Positions 13,011-27,299 of a stretch of 64,000 bases of DNA are shown here, piece after piece. This DNA is from the human T2T-CHM13v2.0 reference genome, Homo sapiens. Each line of letters begins with the position of its first letter. Position 1 is the stretch's first letter. Below the pieces are notes generated by a model. It was not told the DNA's origin. It was given only the letters and a program-made list of their open reading frames with translations, and did not search any database. A program made the translations under genes and the position numbers. The DNA is taken from NCBI RefSeq assembly GCF_009914755.1, contig NC_060938.1. One strand, given 5' to 3'.

Positions 13011-13678
13011 ATTCAGTTAGAAATTAGTTGCAGCTAACAATCTATTTAGCTAGCTTTAAAAAAAAAAGGCAGGGAGTTGGGAGGATTAAGTACTTATAAA
13101 ATTATTGGAAGGGTTAGAGGAGCAGACTATAGGCTGGGTTTCCAGGAGTGACCCTCAAATTAACACTGCAGAACCAGCTCACCAAGGGATCACTGCCTCT
13201 GCCATGATCAGGAAGCCAGAAAAGAAGGAAGGTGCCACCACAATTCTTAGCTCTAGGTCCATACTGCCTCTGCCGAGATCCATGTCAGCATAGTGTCTAG
13301 GAAGCCAGGGGCCAAACACTGGCACCACTGTCACTGAAGAATCAAAAACCTCCACAGCCATGCATGTCAGTCTAAACAATGGCAGAAGTAATAGATGGTC
13401 TCTCCCTCATGGTAGCCACACACATGTTCCACGTCTTTCAGTCTTTGCTTCTGTTTGGCAGAGGCTAGGTCCATGAGGGGAAATGGAGCTGCAAGGAAAC
13501 TGTGAAGTGTAGTCTTTAGTTTTCCAGTCCCAAAGAAGCAGAAAGGCATGCTAGAAGGAGGTTGGAATAAAGTACAGGGAGCCAGTACATGTATCTGCCT
13601 CCCACTTCTTTATGCTCTCATACCATCATGTACACCTTCCACAATATTGCCTACCATTCATGTTCTACTACCTGCCTC

Positions 13679-14205
13679 ATAAATCATGCTGCTATAAAGA
13701 CACATGCACACGTATGTTTATTGCGGCACTATTCACAATAGCAAAGACTTGGAATCAACCCAAATGTCCAACAACGATAGACTGCGTTAAGAAAATGTGG
13801 CACATATACACCATGGAATACTATACAGCCATAAAAAATGATGAGTTCATGTCCTTTGTAGGGACATGGATGAAACTGGAAACCATCATTCTCAGCAAAC
13901 TATCGCAAGGACAAAAAACCAAACACCGCATGTTCTCACTCATAGGTGGGAATTGAACAATGAGAACACGTGGACACAGGAAGGGGAACATCACACTCTG
14001 GGGACTGTTGTGGGGTGGGGGGAGGGGGGAGGGATAGCATTAGGAGATATACCTAATGTTAAATGACGAGTTAATGGGTGCAGCACACCAGCATGGCACA
14101 TGTATACATATGTAACAAACCTGCACATTGTGCACATGTACCCTAAAACTTAAAGTATAATAATAATAAAATTAAAAAACAAACAAACAAAAAAACAAAC
14201 AAAGA
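13679..14205 (+). mobile_element. Younger L1PA (about L1PA3-5) 3' fragment with A-rich tail
   Basis: ORF2 C-terminus KSCCYKDTCTRMFIAALFTIAKTWNQPKCP...SLIGGN*; G-rich 3'UTR tract at 14011-14033; tail at 14160-14205. Confidence 0.93.
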
Positions 14206-14624
14206 AAATTACCTGTCCCTCTCATTTGACTAGACTGTAACCTGTCTGAAGGCAAAAACTATTCTTATTCATCTCTAAATTGTAACTGGCACATATTAGG
14301 TTCTCAGCAAATGCCCATTAAATGATTGAATGAACAAGAAATGTTGCTATTATCTTAGAATTCTACTTTAATCCAACAACCAGCAACTCTTATTAATTCT
14401 GTCCCCAAAACAGCCTGCCAGCAAGCTTGCATCATCTCACCTATTGCAATAATCTCATTATAAACTTCTATAATTTTGTTCCATTCTGTGGTATAACCTC
14501 TGTATCACCAAATGCCACTGATTTTAGGGAGGTTTTCTCTGTTACCTGCTCTTTATACCATCACCCCCTCCCCATCACTCTACATCTGACCAGCAGTTAC
14601 TTTCACCCTCCTCTCAAGTTTTAG

Positions 14625-14842
14625 AGCAGTGCTTGTTACACTGTTACATGGGTCCCTGGGGTTCCCAGGGGTGTTTCTAGGGCCTCTAAATGGAATAGAG
14701 GGAGGCTGAGCAGGTGAGGTTCTGAGCCCCCTCATCCCCCTTCAGCCAGAGCAGCTCTGCTTCAGTCTGATTTGTGTATTGTGTTCCCATAAGATTGTGA
14801 AAAAGTTTATATTGCTATGGGAAAAAATTTAAAAACACTTTA
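14625..14842. mobile_element. Ancient hAT-Charlie MITE (MER102-like)
   Basis: 'cagtgcttg...cagccagagcagctctgct...aaaaacact' resembles MER102. Confidence 0.45.
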
Positions 14843-17800
14843 AAAAGCAGTTTCTAAAGGGCTTTCTATGTGGATATAGCAGTCATCTTCTTGTATTAAG
14901 TTTAATTATGTATGTCTGCTACATAGGGGATTTTTGAACCCCCTATGTTTAATCTGATAGAGGTAGCCAATAAGCATTTGTTCTTTTGGAATGAAGAGCT
15001 AAGGCTGAAAGAAGACTTTATGGTAGGCAGCAACTTCATGCAGAGCTCTAAGGGAGAAGCAGGCTAGACTTTTTCTATTTCCCAAGAAAAACGAAAAGTG
15101 AGACCCAAAGGGTGCGTTACAGGAATGAATGTTGTAGATCCATCTAAACAACTGTCAGTTTGACTGCCTTGGACTGCCTTGCAAAAGCCTCCCTGACAGT
15201 GGAATCATTTGCCAGGAATATCATAGAAGTGATCTCTGTGGGGTTGACTGTCCCCTCAGAAGACCCTTTGACTTGTGCACCTCCTGATGATCTGTTTTCA
15301 TTGCAAGCAGTCCACACTGAGACTCCAGATGGCTCAGTATCTGAATTTTTTGAGACTGTAATGTCAGCAGTATCTTTTTTAACCTGGAAAATGAATTGCT
15401 TTGATGCTTTTATTTTATTGAATTGGTTATTGTGTGCTTCTAACTAAAGAAAGTCCCCTAAGACTATTTTAGAAAGGCAGTCCCAGAACTGGAGTGCTGT
15501 CAGATGGGGGAGCCAAGGCTGTTGCCAAAGCAGTGTTGGCGTCTTCTGGTCACAGATTTGCTAGGGCAGCACATTTATAGGAAAATTTATAGCTTCTACT
15601 CCTTAGGAATAAATGGGAATTAACTTGACTGAGGTAATGAATTGTAGGGGCTTCTGTAATTGTCTCTGGGTGGTCAGCAGCTACTTGTCAGCAGCATTAG
15701 AAGTCAAGGGTTTACTTTGCTGCCTATTTTACCTTACGCTTTTACTGCACTTTGATTGAGTTTTCCCACTTGGAGTTTGGGTAAAAGTACATTTTATTCC
15801 CAGAACAACTAACTTTTTAGTAGAAACCAAAAGATTGCTTATTTATTTCCTTGTCTTGGGATCTTTTGTATGGTGTGTTTTTGAATGTACTGGCAGGGGA
15901 AACTAACAATGACCCTGGAGTTGCCATGGTTCTCAGAGAATTTTGACACAATATACTTAAAAATGTTGAAAGAATTTACTCACTACTGAACCAAGTACCC
16001 ATCTTTCCTGGAAATGTTTTATAAGATTGAAAAGTACCAGATGTAGCTTGATAATTCTGTTTCATTAATATTATTCTAAATAATTCCAGAAGACCTGGCT
16101 AATGTCCTCGGGGAAGAATAGTTAGCACAATTAATTGTATTTCTATTTACCTTTCTATTTCCAGAGGTGATGGTTTAATTAAAGGCTTGTGGCATAATAT
16201 TTTTCTTTATAGGGAAAACTGTTTGATTTCATGAATCTCATGTATTACACTAAGGAAACATACTCAACAAATAAACTTTGAAGAACATATCTTCATATTA
16301 AGACAGGATATCCTCTTCATCCTCAATTAGCCTTGGAATAGAAACCTAAACAAAAGTACAATGTATGAATTCTATTATAGATATTAGCTAACCTGGACAT
16401 TCATACTAAATACATGACTTGTGTACAGCACTATATAATTTGTGATAGTCCGAATATTTTATTCTGCAGCTTAGTCCATCCTGTATCGCTTAGCATCTCG
16501 GACATATATGCGCACATACTGTGTTTGCTGCCCAATCCTGTTATGTCACCCTGTTAATTATCTGCAACACCAGCTCCTGGAATGGGTATTCTTTCTCATT
16601 AAACCATTGTCATGTAGCTAAAGATCCACCGTTAAATTCTGGTAAAATCATTAGATGTCTCATTTTCTTAAATGTGATGCTTCATTAGCAAGATAGTTTA
16701 GTTATTCAGCATTTGCAACACAATGAATGAGAAAGGAGTTTATTTAATTGTCCATGGCTTAAGCTAACAGGATTAAAAACCCAGATAGTATGTGTTATAA
16801 GCATATGGCTCCTTTTCATGACTAATCACTTGAGATATGTAAATGGTGTCACCACAGAAGCAGCAGAAGGAAATATAAAAATATGTGATATAATTATATT
16901 TCAGAGGAGGAATAACCAATTATATTATACAGGATCAGCTCTAAAAGAATGAAGAAATGTCTTGTATGTGGCTAAGGATCAAACAGTGCTTTATTTTATA
17001 TGCTCACACAAGTAAGTTCCAAAACCAAAGTCCAGGATTAAAAGGACTGTCATGAGGGATACAAAATGCTTAGTACAGACACAATCTTTGATGCAAATGT
17101 CACAGTTCTAAAAATCACTTGGTAGCACTGGGCAGCCTTTGAAATTTGGTTCATATGTCGTGCTTGTCAGTACGCTACCCGTTCTGCCACAGGCTTAAAA
17201 TTGGTCCTTTCTTGGTTGATTTGGGGTGTGGGGGGAGGGAATGAAAAATGTGTTGCTCATTCATTATATGTACATGGCAACATCTGTTCCCTGCTAATGT
17301 TTCAGCTGCGGTTCTGCCATTAGAGTATGTTAAGTAACCATAGAAATGAACTTTCTGGTTGAAATTACTAAGGTAAAGGTAAAAATAGGTAGGCACGTTA
17401 CTTGGGCTAATGTTCAGCTGGGATGCACCAGCTGCTGAAACACTACACGTTTTCATGTTGTTCGGTAAATAGTTATCATCCTGACACCTCCAAGTGCAAT
17501 CTGCCCCGGCTGCCCCAGCTCCTCCCTTGGGACCCTCTAGATTTTACTATAATCCAGCCACTAAAGGGATAATGCCTGGTACAGCAAGGGCTCCAGGACC
17601 CTGCTGGAGCATTAGGTTCAATATTTTGAATGGCACCCCTGTAAATTGCCACACTTTCTGGAAAGGAGACTTCCAATAAAAGACTGGAATGTTTCTACCC
17701 CTCAATATTGAGCAGTATAGAATTATCCATTCAAGTTCCTAACAGGAAAGGGATGCCCACTGAAATTAAGATAATTTGATCAGAGTCTATTTATAAGGGA

Positions 17801-19027
17801 ACTATTTACAAGATGTTCATTGGCAGGTGGGTGTGTGGGTGGGGCAGGGGAGAACCACAGGGGTAGTGCAGTAACCCAGGGCTAAGAGCAGCAAAGCTGC
17901 CCTCACCCTGGGCCCCAGTGCATGGAGGAGGGGTGGCTGTAATCTAGAGAAGGCTGCCTTGAGAGAAGTGACCTTAAATCAAGGACAGTCAACCTGAAGC
18001 AACTCTAAAGGCAGGGATTGCGATTAGCCATAGACAATGCGGAGGCCTATTTCCTTTAAGATCCCCATTGGCAGAACCCAGTGGGAAGCTAGGAAGTATG
18101 ATAGCCCATTGACATGGTCTATAGGTTGTGGCTCCCGGGGCAGTGCTCAGAGTGGAGAGGGTGGAGAATGGACCTGGATGGGCAAAGGGAAGACACTCAG
18201 CCCACCATCCATTCATTGCCCTTCTCCTGTGGAATTTTTAAAAATAGTTCATATCCCACATGAAGTGCTCTACATTTCACAAGGATGAAATATTAAAATT
18301 TAGCTCGTTTCTTTAGGTGTATCACATTGGACTAGGAAATGTATATCTTTTTGTTTTGTTAACTAAGTTCATTCTCCATATTATATTTAATACCAAACCA
18401 AATGTATTTCTCTCAAATTGATTTTTCACAATCAGATTTACACAAAGTTTCAATATTAACATGCTAAAGAACAAATAAGTATGCAATTGTTCAGCAGAGA
18501 TTCCTGAAAATAAAGTCACAGAAACTGACAGATGTAATTACTCCTGGGGTAGGGCCATGTAATTATTTATTCTCCATAAGATTGAGTCCTTGTGATGTCT
18601 GCAAGTGTGAAAATCCATCTCTGTGAGTAAAAACCTACTATTTGTCTTGGAAAGCTCACAGTTATTTCTGACCATACTAACTCACATTTCTTCCCCATAC
18701 AAGAACAGATGCTTACTATTTACATGTTGAAAGACCAAGAGATAGATTATAGGCCAAAGAGAAACCGTGCTTCTTTTTGGTTTTGTTCCTTTCTAGCCTC
18801 ACCTTCAAAATGTTGAGCATCCAGCAGCCTTGGTCAGAGTAAATTTGTGCTGCCTGCTACTTGCCTCCAGGTTCCAATTATCTATTGCCATGTACACTCC
18901 TTTGGCACTTTCACACTTTGAGGAAACCACAAGGTAGTGGAGCACATGTGTGACTAGCCAGCAGCAGGAGAAATGGCTTTCAAGATGTGGGACAGAAAAA
19001 ATCCTATTGCCCCAATGACATAGTTAA

Positions 19028-19426
<399 letters not shown>

Positions 19427-19889
19427 TCCCAGGAGTAACATTCTTATCCCCACTGCTGGTGACAGGGGAGAGCTGAGTTCTAGATTCCAGTTAGGCAAAT
19501 CACATAACTTCTTGCGAGATGGCTATCATATTTGACTTAAGAAGAGTTTTGTGAGGACTGCTCAGTACTGGTGGCCTGCCCTGGCCAGAGGGACACTTTC
19601 CTTTTAGCCAAGATCCTGGAATGCCATTTCTACCTTTTTCACTCAGGGTGCTGTCAGCTCTCCTTGTGCTGTACTAAGATTATAATGTCCTCACCTCCTA
19701 GGATAAAACCTAGTGCAAATATATACAGCTTTGGATTTGGAGAAGTGTTTCATCCCAATGGAAGAGGAAAGGAAATGAGTTTTAAAATTCTCTGAACATT
19801 GAGTTGTTGTTTAACTCTATGCTTCAATTGGGTAGCAAGAAACTTGGATAATGAAAAAGTTACAGATAATTCTAAGTCACCAAACATTA

Positions 19890-20330
19890 GTTAAGGGCCT
19901 ACTGAGTGCTCCACACTATACCAGGTACTAAAACATGATAGAATATGATGTCTACCTTGGCCTCAAGAAGCCTGTGGTCTGATAGGAGAGCACATTTAGA
20001 CTTAGAAGTACCAGGAGTACAGAGTAGGGAGTGTTTAGCTGTTAGAAGGAAAATAAAAACAGGGAAGACACCGCTTTTTAGAAGAGGTGACACCTGAGCT
20101 GGGCTTTGACAGATAAATTCTTAGCAGAGGAAACAACCTAGGCAAAGGTATGGAGTATGAAAAACAGCATGGTCGGTTCAGAGAAGGCATGGTTGAGGCA
20201 GATGGGTCTGGAGAGGAGCAGAGATTGTCATGGAGAGCCTGGTGCTAGGAGTTTGGACTTTATCCATTATGGAATGGGGAGGTCATTGTAAGGTCTTAAA
20301 CCAGGCAGGGACATGGTCAGTTGGACATGA
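19890..20330 (-). mobile_element. L2 fragment
   Basis: 'gaagaggtgacacctgagctgggc', 'gagtttggactttatcc' antisense L2 motifs. Confidence 0.7.
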
Positions 20331-21549
20331 ACCATCAGCCTTATGTGCAGGAGATTAACTAAATATTCCTATTCCAAACATTTGTGTTGGACCTTAGCAT
20401 ACACTAAATAGCTTTCCAATGTGCTTTAATTTAAATAACAGTGAAATTAATTATATGTCAGTCAACAGACAGAAACCACATCAATTATTTTAACAGAGAG
20501 AATTTAATATAAAGAATTGTTAACTAGGTGTGGAGGAACTGAAAAGACAAAGAGTACATTACAGTATTCATGGTGGTAGTAACTGAAGGACAGCCCTAGA
20601 ACTAGAGGGACATGGGAAGAGGTCAGAATTATTAAAACTTAAAAAGCTTTGGGGGATGGGGAGGATGGTGGTGGGGGTTGTACACTATGAAGTTTGTGAA
20701 TATTAGAGAAACTGCAAACTAGAATCAACTGTTGCTACCAAATGAACTGCCTCTGCCAGGGTAAAGAAGTAGACTGCAGAGGCAGTGACAAGTAGGAAGC
20801 AACCAGAAAGCAAACAGAAAAAGGCAGGTTCCTTCTTCCTTTTCCAGCCTTACTGTCTCTGTCTAGCACTCCTTGACAGAGCCTACTCTGGAGCCAGCAG
20901 GCAAGAGAGTCCCAGCCCAGAGCCACAAGTCAGAGCATAGAAGTTTAGAGCTGAGAGATTATAGTTTCGTAACTAGCACGATTGCCATTCCCAGAGTGGA
21001 TATCAGTGGATTACAAAAAACAGGACAGGCATCCTAGGAACTAAAGATTTCCTAAAACATTAACAGGTGTTCAATCACATTTTAGACTTATATTCATCAT
21101 TATCTATGGATGCTACAACTGTCTTTGTGACCTCTGATTCTCATTTTCTTTAATGCGTGAAGACTTACTGCATAGGACTTATTCACATCTCACCACGCAA
21201 GACTGTTGGCTTGTAGACGATGGAATTTTAGGTGTAAGAAATGAATGGGCCTAGCACGTCAAAAAGTGAGCAGTGTCATCTTGGGCCTACAACATTGCAC
21301 CTCTCTTCTCAGTCATCTTGGATTATCTGAGGCATATATGTCATTGATAGAAAAATCTTTACCTCCTTTAGTTCTTCTACTCCATTAATGTCCCTGCAAG
21401 TACTCTGCTTAAAGCCTAGCTTTTTGTAGGCCTTTGTACTTGTTTGTAGAATTAAACCCAGGTGTCTTGGAGTCATGTGGATTAAACATTTGGTTATGTG
21501 CTGCTTGTGTTTTTCTCCAGATGATTTCTATACCTAAGTCTTGTCATAC

Positions 21550-21563
21550 CCACTAGGTGGCAG
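21550..21563 (+). promoter_or_regulatory. Candidate CTCF site
   Basis: CCACTAGGTGGCAG fits the CTCF core CCRSYAGRKGGCRS at all 14 positions. Confidence 0.55.
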
Positions 21564-21584
21564 TCTTCTTGACCGCAGGTCTGT

Positions 21585-21805
21585 GTGGTGGGAAAGCACA
21601 GATTTAGAATCAACAGCACAAAGTTCAAATCCCAGTTCTGACACTTACTAAATTAGTGTTACTTAACTAAAGTTAGCAAGTGACATAATCTAAGTCTTAG
21701 TCCCTCATCTGCAAAATGGTGGACAGTATCTGTTTTCATTAGGTTGTGCTGGTGAAGTGAAATGATATCATAACATAGAACCTGGTACTTAATAGGTGTT
21801 AAATG
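21585..21805 (+). mobile_element. MIR SINE
   Basis: 'gttcaaatcccagttctgacacttacta...ctcatctgcaaaatgg'. Confidence 0.8.
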
Positions 21806-22854
21806 ACAAGCTTACCTTTTCCTTTCTTTATTTTCTATCTCTGTAACATATCTTTTCATACCAGGAATGTGTAATATTGGCAACCTGACTTACCAAATAG
21901 AGTAGCTGTGGAATCCTTTTAGGAGAGAAACTGAAATATCTTTATACAATGTCCCTTCTCCCCAGGCACCTAGAACATTGGGTACACCAATAACACTTTA
22001 AAATATATATATAATGATTGGAACTATTTCTAAAGAGGAAGGTCATCCTCAGTGTATGTAGACATGAGCTGCCGGATATTCTGTCAGAACAATAGCTATT
22101 CATTGTGTTAGTTTCAAAGCTGGCTCCGACAAGCTAGTATTTCAGTGTTATTCCCACACAAACAAATCTTGAGCAAAATTTCCATGACCCAATAGATTGG
22201 TGTAAACAACTCGCTGCAAGAACTTTTTACATGTAAACCCATGTCATTCATTCAAATGTTCAGTGCTTTCAGGGAGTTTTGTAAGTGCAGCCTAAGAATT
22301 AATGATTTTTAAAAAAGCAAAAACAAAAAACAAATGCTCATCAACCCCTACCCTCAGGATTGTGTTTTGTTGCAGAGTATATGCGGTAAATAGCTCAGTT
22401 CCTTCCACCATAGCTGTAGATGGGAGACACAGCCATCAGATAACATAGTCTGATGGGAAAGTCCTTTAAAGGCACTGAAACATTAACAGGCTGGCCGAGG
22501 CGTGCAGGCTGCCAGAGGTCCTGACTCCTGGGCCAAAGAATAATGACAGGCTTTCTATTTTTAAATAATAGTTAGCATTTGATAGCACTTAATATTTGCA
22601 GTGACCTTTACAGCTATTGTTATTAGTTATTCCTCCCAGCAGCTCTTTGAAAAAAATGACACAACTGTTTTTACTCAACTCCCCCAACTCCTTCTCCTTC
22701 CACTGCACTCACAGGATCAGTGGGGTTCTCAGCACATAGTGATGACATTTGCTTAGATGTAAGCTCCATTTCCTCATGAGCAGTGATCTCAGTGATAAAG
22801 AATCTTTTCAAGTCAAAACAATATTAAATACGGTGTGTTTTCATATATCCCGTG

Positions 22855-23405
22855 TGAGTCAGATCATGTCACTTCTCTGCTGAAAACCCTGCAATGCTTC
22901 CCCATCTCACTCAGTGTAAAGCCACGGTCTTTACAGTGGCCTGGAAGACTTGTATAATCAACCCCTCCTTCACTGCTTGCACCGACCTCACACTCCTCAC
23001 CCCCTCCCCATCTCTGCCCTAGTCACATGGGCCTCCCTGTAGCAACTCCAGCCGCACAGGCTCTTGTCTTAGGCCTTTGCCCTGGATATTTCTTCTGCCT
23101 GAAATGTTCTTCCTTCACACGTGGCTGCCTCTGACACCTTCAGCTTTTGCTTAGATGTCACCTTTTCAATGAGGTCTCCCCTGCCAACCTAATTTAAAAC
23201 TGCAGCTGTGATCAAGTACTTATTGCCTCCTAATGTACTATATTATTTACTGAGTTACTGGGTTTACTGTTTATTTTCTCTCCTCCACAAGACTGTAAAA
23301 TCCACAAAAGCAGAGATCTTTGTCCATTTAGTTCACTGCTATATACCAAGCACCTAGAACAATACATATAGAAGGCATGTAATAAATATTTGTTGGATGA
23401 ACAAA
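22855..23405 (+). mobile_element. L2a 3' region
   Basis: 'tcagatcatgtcacttctctgctgaaaaccc'...'gttcactgctatataccaagcacctagaaca...aataaatatttgttggatga'. Confidence 0.85.
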
Positions 23406-23744
23406 TGCTGTTTCTCTAAAGATTGTTGTAATAGGTTTGACCTGTAGACTTAGAATGCATCTCAGTATGTGGTTTATCTTTATATTCCTTAGCAGTAGTT
23501 CCTAAGCTTGTTTTCCAACCATAGCAAACAGTTCATTTTGATAGTAATTCTGTAGAGCCAAATGAAGCACACAAATTCTAAAGGTTGGAAGGAAGTGCTG
23601 CAGCAAAGAAATGGATTTTGTAGGTGTTATAGTCCAACCACCCATCTATTCTAATCCCATCAACTGCATCCCCATGGGGCATTATATCTCTCCATCTTTA
23701 CAGAAAGGGAGAAGAGGACAGAGGTAAAAGAATAGGTTCTGTGA

Positions 23745-24460
23745 TCAGGAGGCCCTGTCATGTAATTCTTGTTCCACCCATGTCTACTGTGTGACCTTGA
23801 ACAAGATACTTTAGCCTCTTTCTGCCTCAGTTTCCTCATCTGTAAAATGGTGATAGAAACAACTGCTACCTCATAGCCGGTTTTTTCCCCTAACATTTTT
23901 TTTTTAACTGTGGTAAAATACGTATAAAATGTACCATCTTACTCAATTTTAAGTGAACAGTCTAGTAATATTAAATATATTCATAATGTTCTGCAATCAT
24001 TACCACCATCCATCTCCGTAACTCTTTTCATCTTGTAACATGGAAACTCTATACCTCTTAAACAATAACTCCCATTTCTACCTCCTCCCAGCCACTGGGA
24101 ATCACCATTCTACTTTCTGTCTTTATGATTTTTTATACTCTAAGTGCCTTATATACATGGAAAATATAGTCTTTTTGTGACTGGCTCATTTCACTTAGCA
24201 TAATGTCTTCCAAGTTTATCTATTTTGTAGCATATGTCAGAATTTCCCTCCTCTTTGAGGTTGAATAGTATTCCTTTGTATGTGGTGTGTGTGTGTGTGT
24301 ATATATATATATATGCCATATTTTGTTTATCCATTTATCCGTCCATGTACTATTGTGTTGCTTTCACATTCATAGGGTTTTGTGATGATGAATGAGCTAA
24401 GGGAGGTAGAATTTGGCATATAGTAAGCACCAAATAAATACTAGCTGCTATTATTATTAT
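23745..24460. mobile_element. MIR (+) interrupted by an L1MB 3' fragment (-, ~23895-24367)
   Basis: MIR core 'tgtgaccttgaacaag...cctcagtttcctcatctgtaaaatgg' continues after the L1 as 'catagggttttgtgatga'; L1MB antisense 'tgtggtaaaatacgtataaaat...'. Confidence 0.8.
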
Positions 24461-25512
24461 TAATCCTGATTTTTAGAAAGTCCTTAACATTAAGCTTATT
24501 TCAGTTTTATTAAGTTATATACAACTGATATAACCCATGATATAACCCACTTTAATGACCTGGGGAGTACAAATAATAGATATATCTTTTATTCCCCTAT
24601 TAGTTGCCAGAACATCTTCCTGATAATACTAATAGGAAGCCCAGTATCTCTCTCTTAAGGCCCTACCGCCTCTCACCTCTTCTAAACATCCAAGATTGCC
24701 AAGAACACTCTGGTCTTCATTCATTCCAAAAGGGCTAAGTCCCAGTTCTAAAAGCAAGCGGAGAAAAAACTGAGCAGTCCAAGTGGTCTGCCAATATTGC
24801 TGCTTCTTCCTGTGGGGTAATATTGAAAACTGGCTCTACACAGGCCAGCAGCCACTTCCCCACTGCTGCAGGGATTCTCTCACTGACTTAGGTCTTCTTC
24901 ATGGACCTAGGACTTGGACTTCAAGATTACAGCTCTTTTAGTTCATAGTGCTCAGTCATTGTTCTCAAATCACACCCACAACCAGAAGAGTTTCTAGTCT
25001 CAGCCATGGGATACATGGGACCAGCCTTCTCACACCTCTGTACCCTTAATCCTGCTGGTAACACTGGATCATCAGTCTAGACTGTCCCTTTTCTCATGGT
25101 GAGTTTCCCCTTTGGAATTTTTGATGTCCTTTTCTCCTCCAGGCTTCTTGTGGGGTCTATCCTAACCCATCAGGAAGGTTCTAATAATGTCTCCTGCTAG
25201 GAGGCTCCTTGACCTCCCTGCAATTGTTCAACCTTTCATCAGAGACAAGCTCTGCATAACAGGGGTATTGGAGGGGCAGGCTTTGTCAGGCCACATATAA
25301 CTTCTACTAGACTGTCCTCTCCAGGGCAACAGAGTGTTAAATATCTCACAGCAACATGAGTAAGAGTGTCCCCTTAATGACTCTTTGCCAAATGGGGAAG
25401 ATCGGTGTCCACTTAGACAGAAAAGTAACTGTCATTACCCAGCTATTTAATTTCAGGTTGCTTCCTACCAGATACCCTGTTACACTTCTGTTCACTGGGT
25501 CTGGTTCTACTT

Positions 25513-25830
25513 TTTTTTCAGACATGGGGTCTTGCTGTGTTGCCCAGGCTAGAGTACAGTGGTGAGGGCATAGCTCACTGCAGCCTCTAATTCCTGGGCT
25601 CAGGTGATCCTCCTGCCTCTGCCTTCCAAGTAGCTAGGGCTTGGAAGGTGCAGGCCACAATGTTGGAAGGTGCATGCCATGATGTCTGGCTAATTTAATT
25701 TTTTTTCTTTTTAAGAGAAGAGGTCTCTCTGTGTTGCCCAGGCTGGTCTCAAACTCCTGGCCTCAAGTGATTCTCTCACCTTGACCTCCCAAATTGTTGG
25801 GATTACAGGCATGAACCAACTCACCCAGCC
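25513..25830 (-). mobile_element. AluJ
   Basis: TSD tggttctactt at 25502 and 25831; internal duplication of 'ttggaaggtgca'. Confidence 0.88.
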
Positions 25831-26484
25831 TGGTTCTACTTCCTGATGTCAGTAGGAACCTCTTCCCTATGACAAAACTTCACCAAATGAATCCCCAGAG
25901 GCCTCAGCTTATTTTGTTCTCCACTGGCTCCCCAGCTTACTCACTGGGTAATCTTAGTCACATTTTTAACAATCACAGTTAATGTTTATTGACCTTACTA
26001 TTTGCCCAGTACTGTGCTAAGTGCTGTAATATATTAACAAATTTAGTCTTTAAACAACCCCATCTACAAAAAGGTCACCTTTTTGTAGATGAGGTAACTG
26101 AGACTTAGGAATAAGGCTTAGTAGTAAGGCTAAGGTCACATATCTGTTAGAATTTGAGCACAGCCTCTTGGGCTCCAGAGCCCACAGCGATGCAATACTG
26201 TATCCCTAACTCAAATTTATAGAACAGAGATGCTTATCTCAGAGTGTTGTGGTGAGGATTGGATGCAATAAAGTGTGAAAAGTGATTCGCACTGGCTCTT
26301 TAAGTGTTCAAAAAATGTTCATTTGCCACCCTTTTCCTTCCATTCAAGTGAGCATCTCATATCTTAAATACTGCACATTTTTTAAGTGCCTGACACAGAG
26401 TGGGTGCTCATTGGGTAGTAACTACCCCCATTATTACAGTGCATGCTTTGAAGTCCCCTCCCAGTCCTGACTGTTCTCTTCTAG

Positions 26485-26804
<320 letters not shown>

Positions 26805-26888
<84 letters not shown>

Positions 26889-26940
26889 TTCTTTCCTTCC
26901 TTCCTTCCTTCCTTCCTTCCTTCCTTCCTTCCTTCCTTCC

Positions 26941-26996
<56 letters not shown>
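26805..26996. repeat. (TTTC)n(TTCC)n(TC)n compound polypyrimidine microsatellite
   Basis: ~190 bp of uninterrupted pyrimidines forming the AluJ tail. Confidence 0.97.
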
Positions 26997-27282
26997 AGGT
27001 TCTCACTCTGTCACCTAGGCTGGAGGGCAGTGGTGCAATGATGGCTCACTAAGGTCTCAAACTCCTGGGCTCAAAGAATCCTCCCACCTCAGCCTCTAAA
27101 GTAGCCACCATGCCCAGCTATTTTTTTTTTTTTATTCTTTGTAGAAACAGGGTCTCACTATGTTGGCCAAGCTGGTCCTGAACTCCTGGCCTCAAGTGAT
27201 CCTTCTGCCTCAGCATCCCAAAATGCTGGGATCTAAGATCCAATCTAAGATCCAGCTGAGGCACAAGCCACCACACCCAGCC
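26997..27282 (-). mobile_element. AluJ with a fold-back insertion near its 5' end
   Basis: Alu dimer; probable TSD tcagttggat (26486) / tcaattggat (27283). Confidence 0.85.
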
Positions 27283-27299
27283 TCAATTGGATCTTAGAT

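Noticed and set aside
13612-13956. 114-aa ORF
   Set aside because: L1 ORF2 C-terminus fused by chance to flanking sequence
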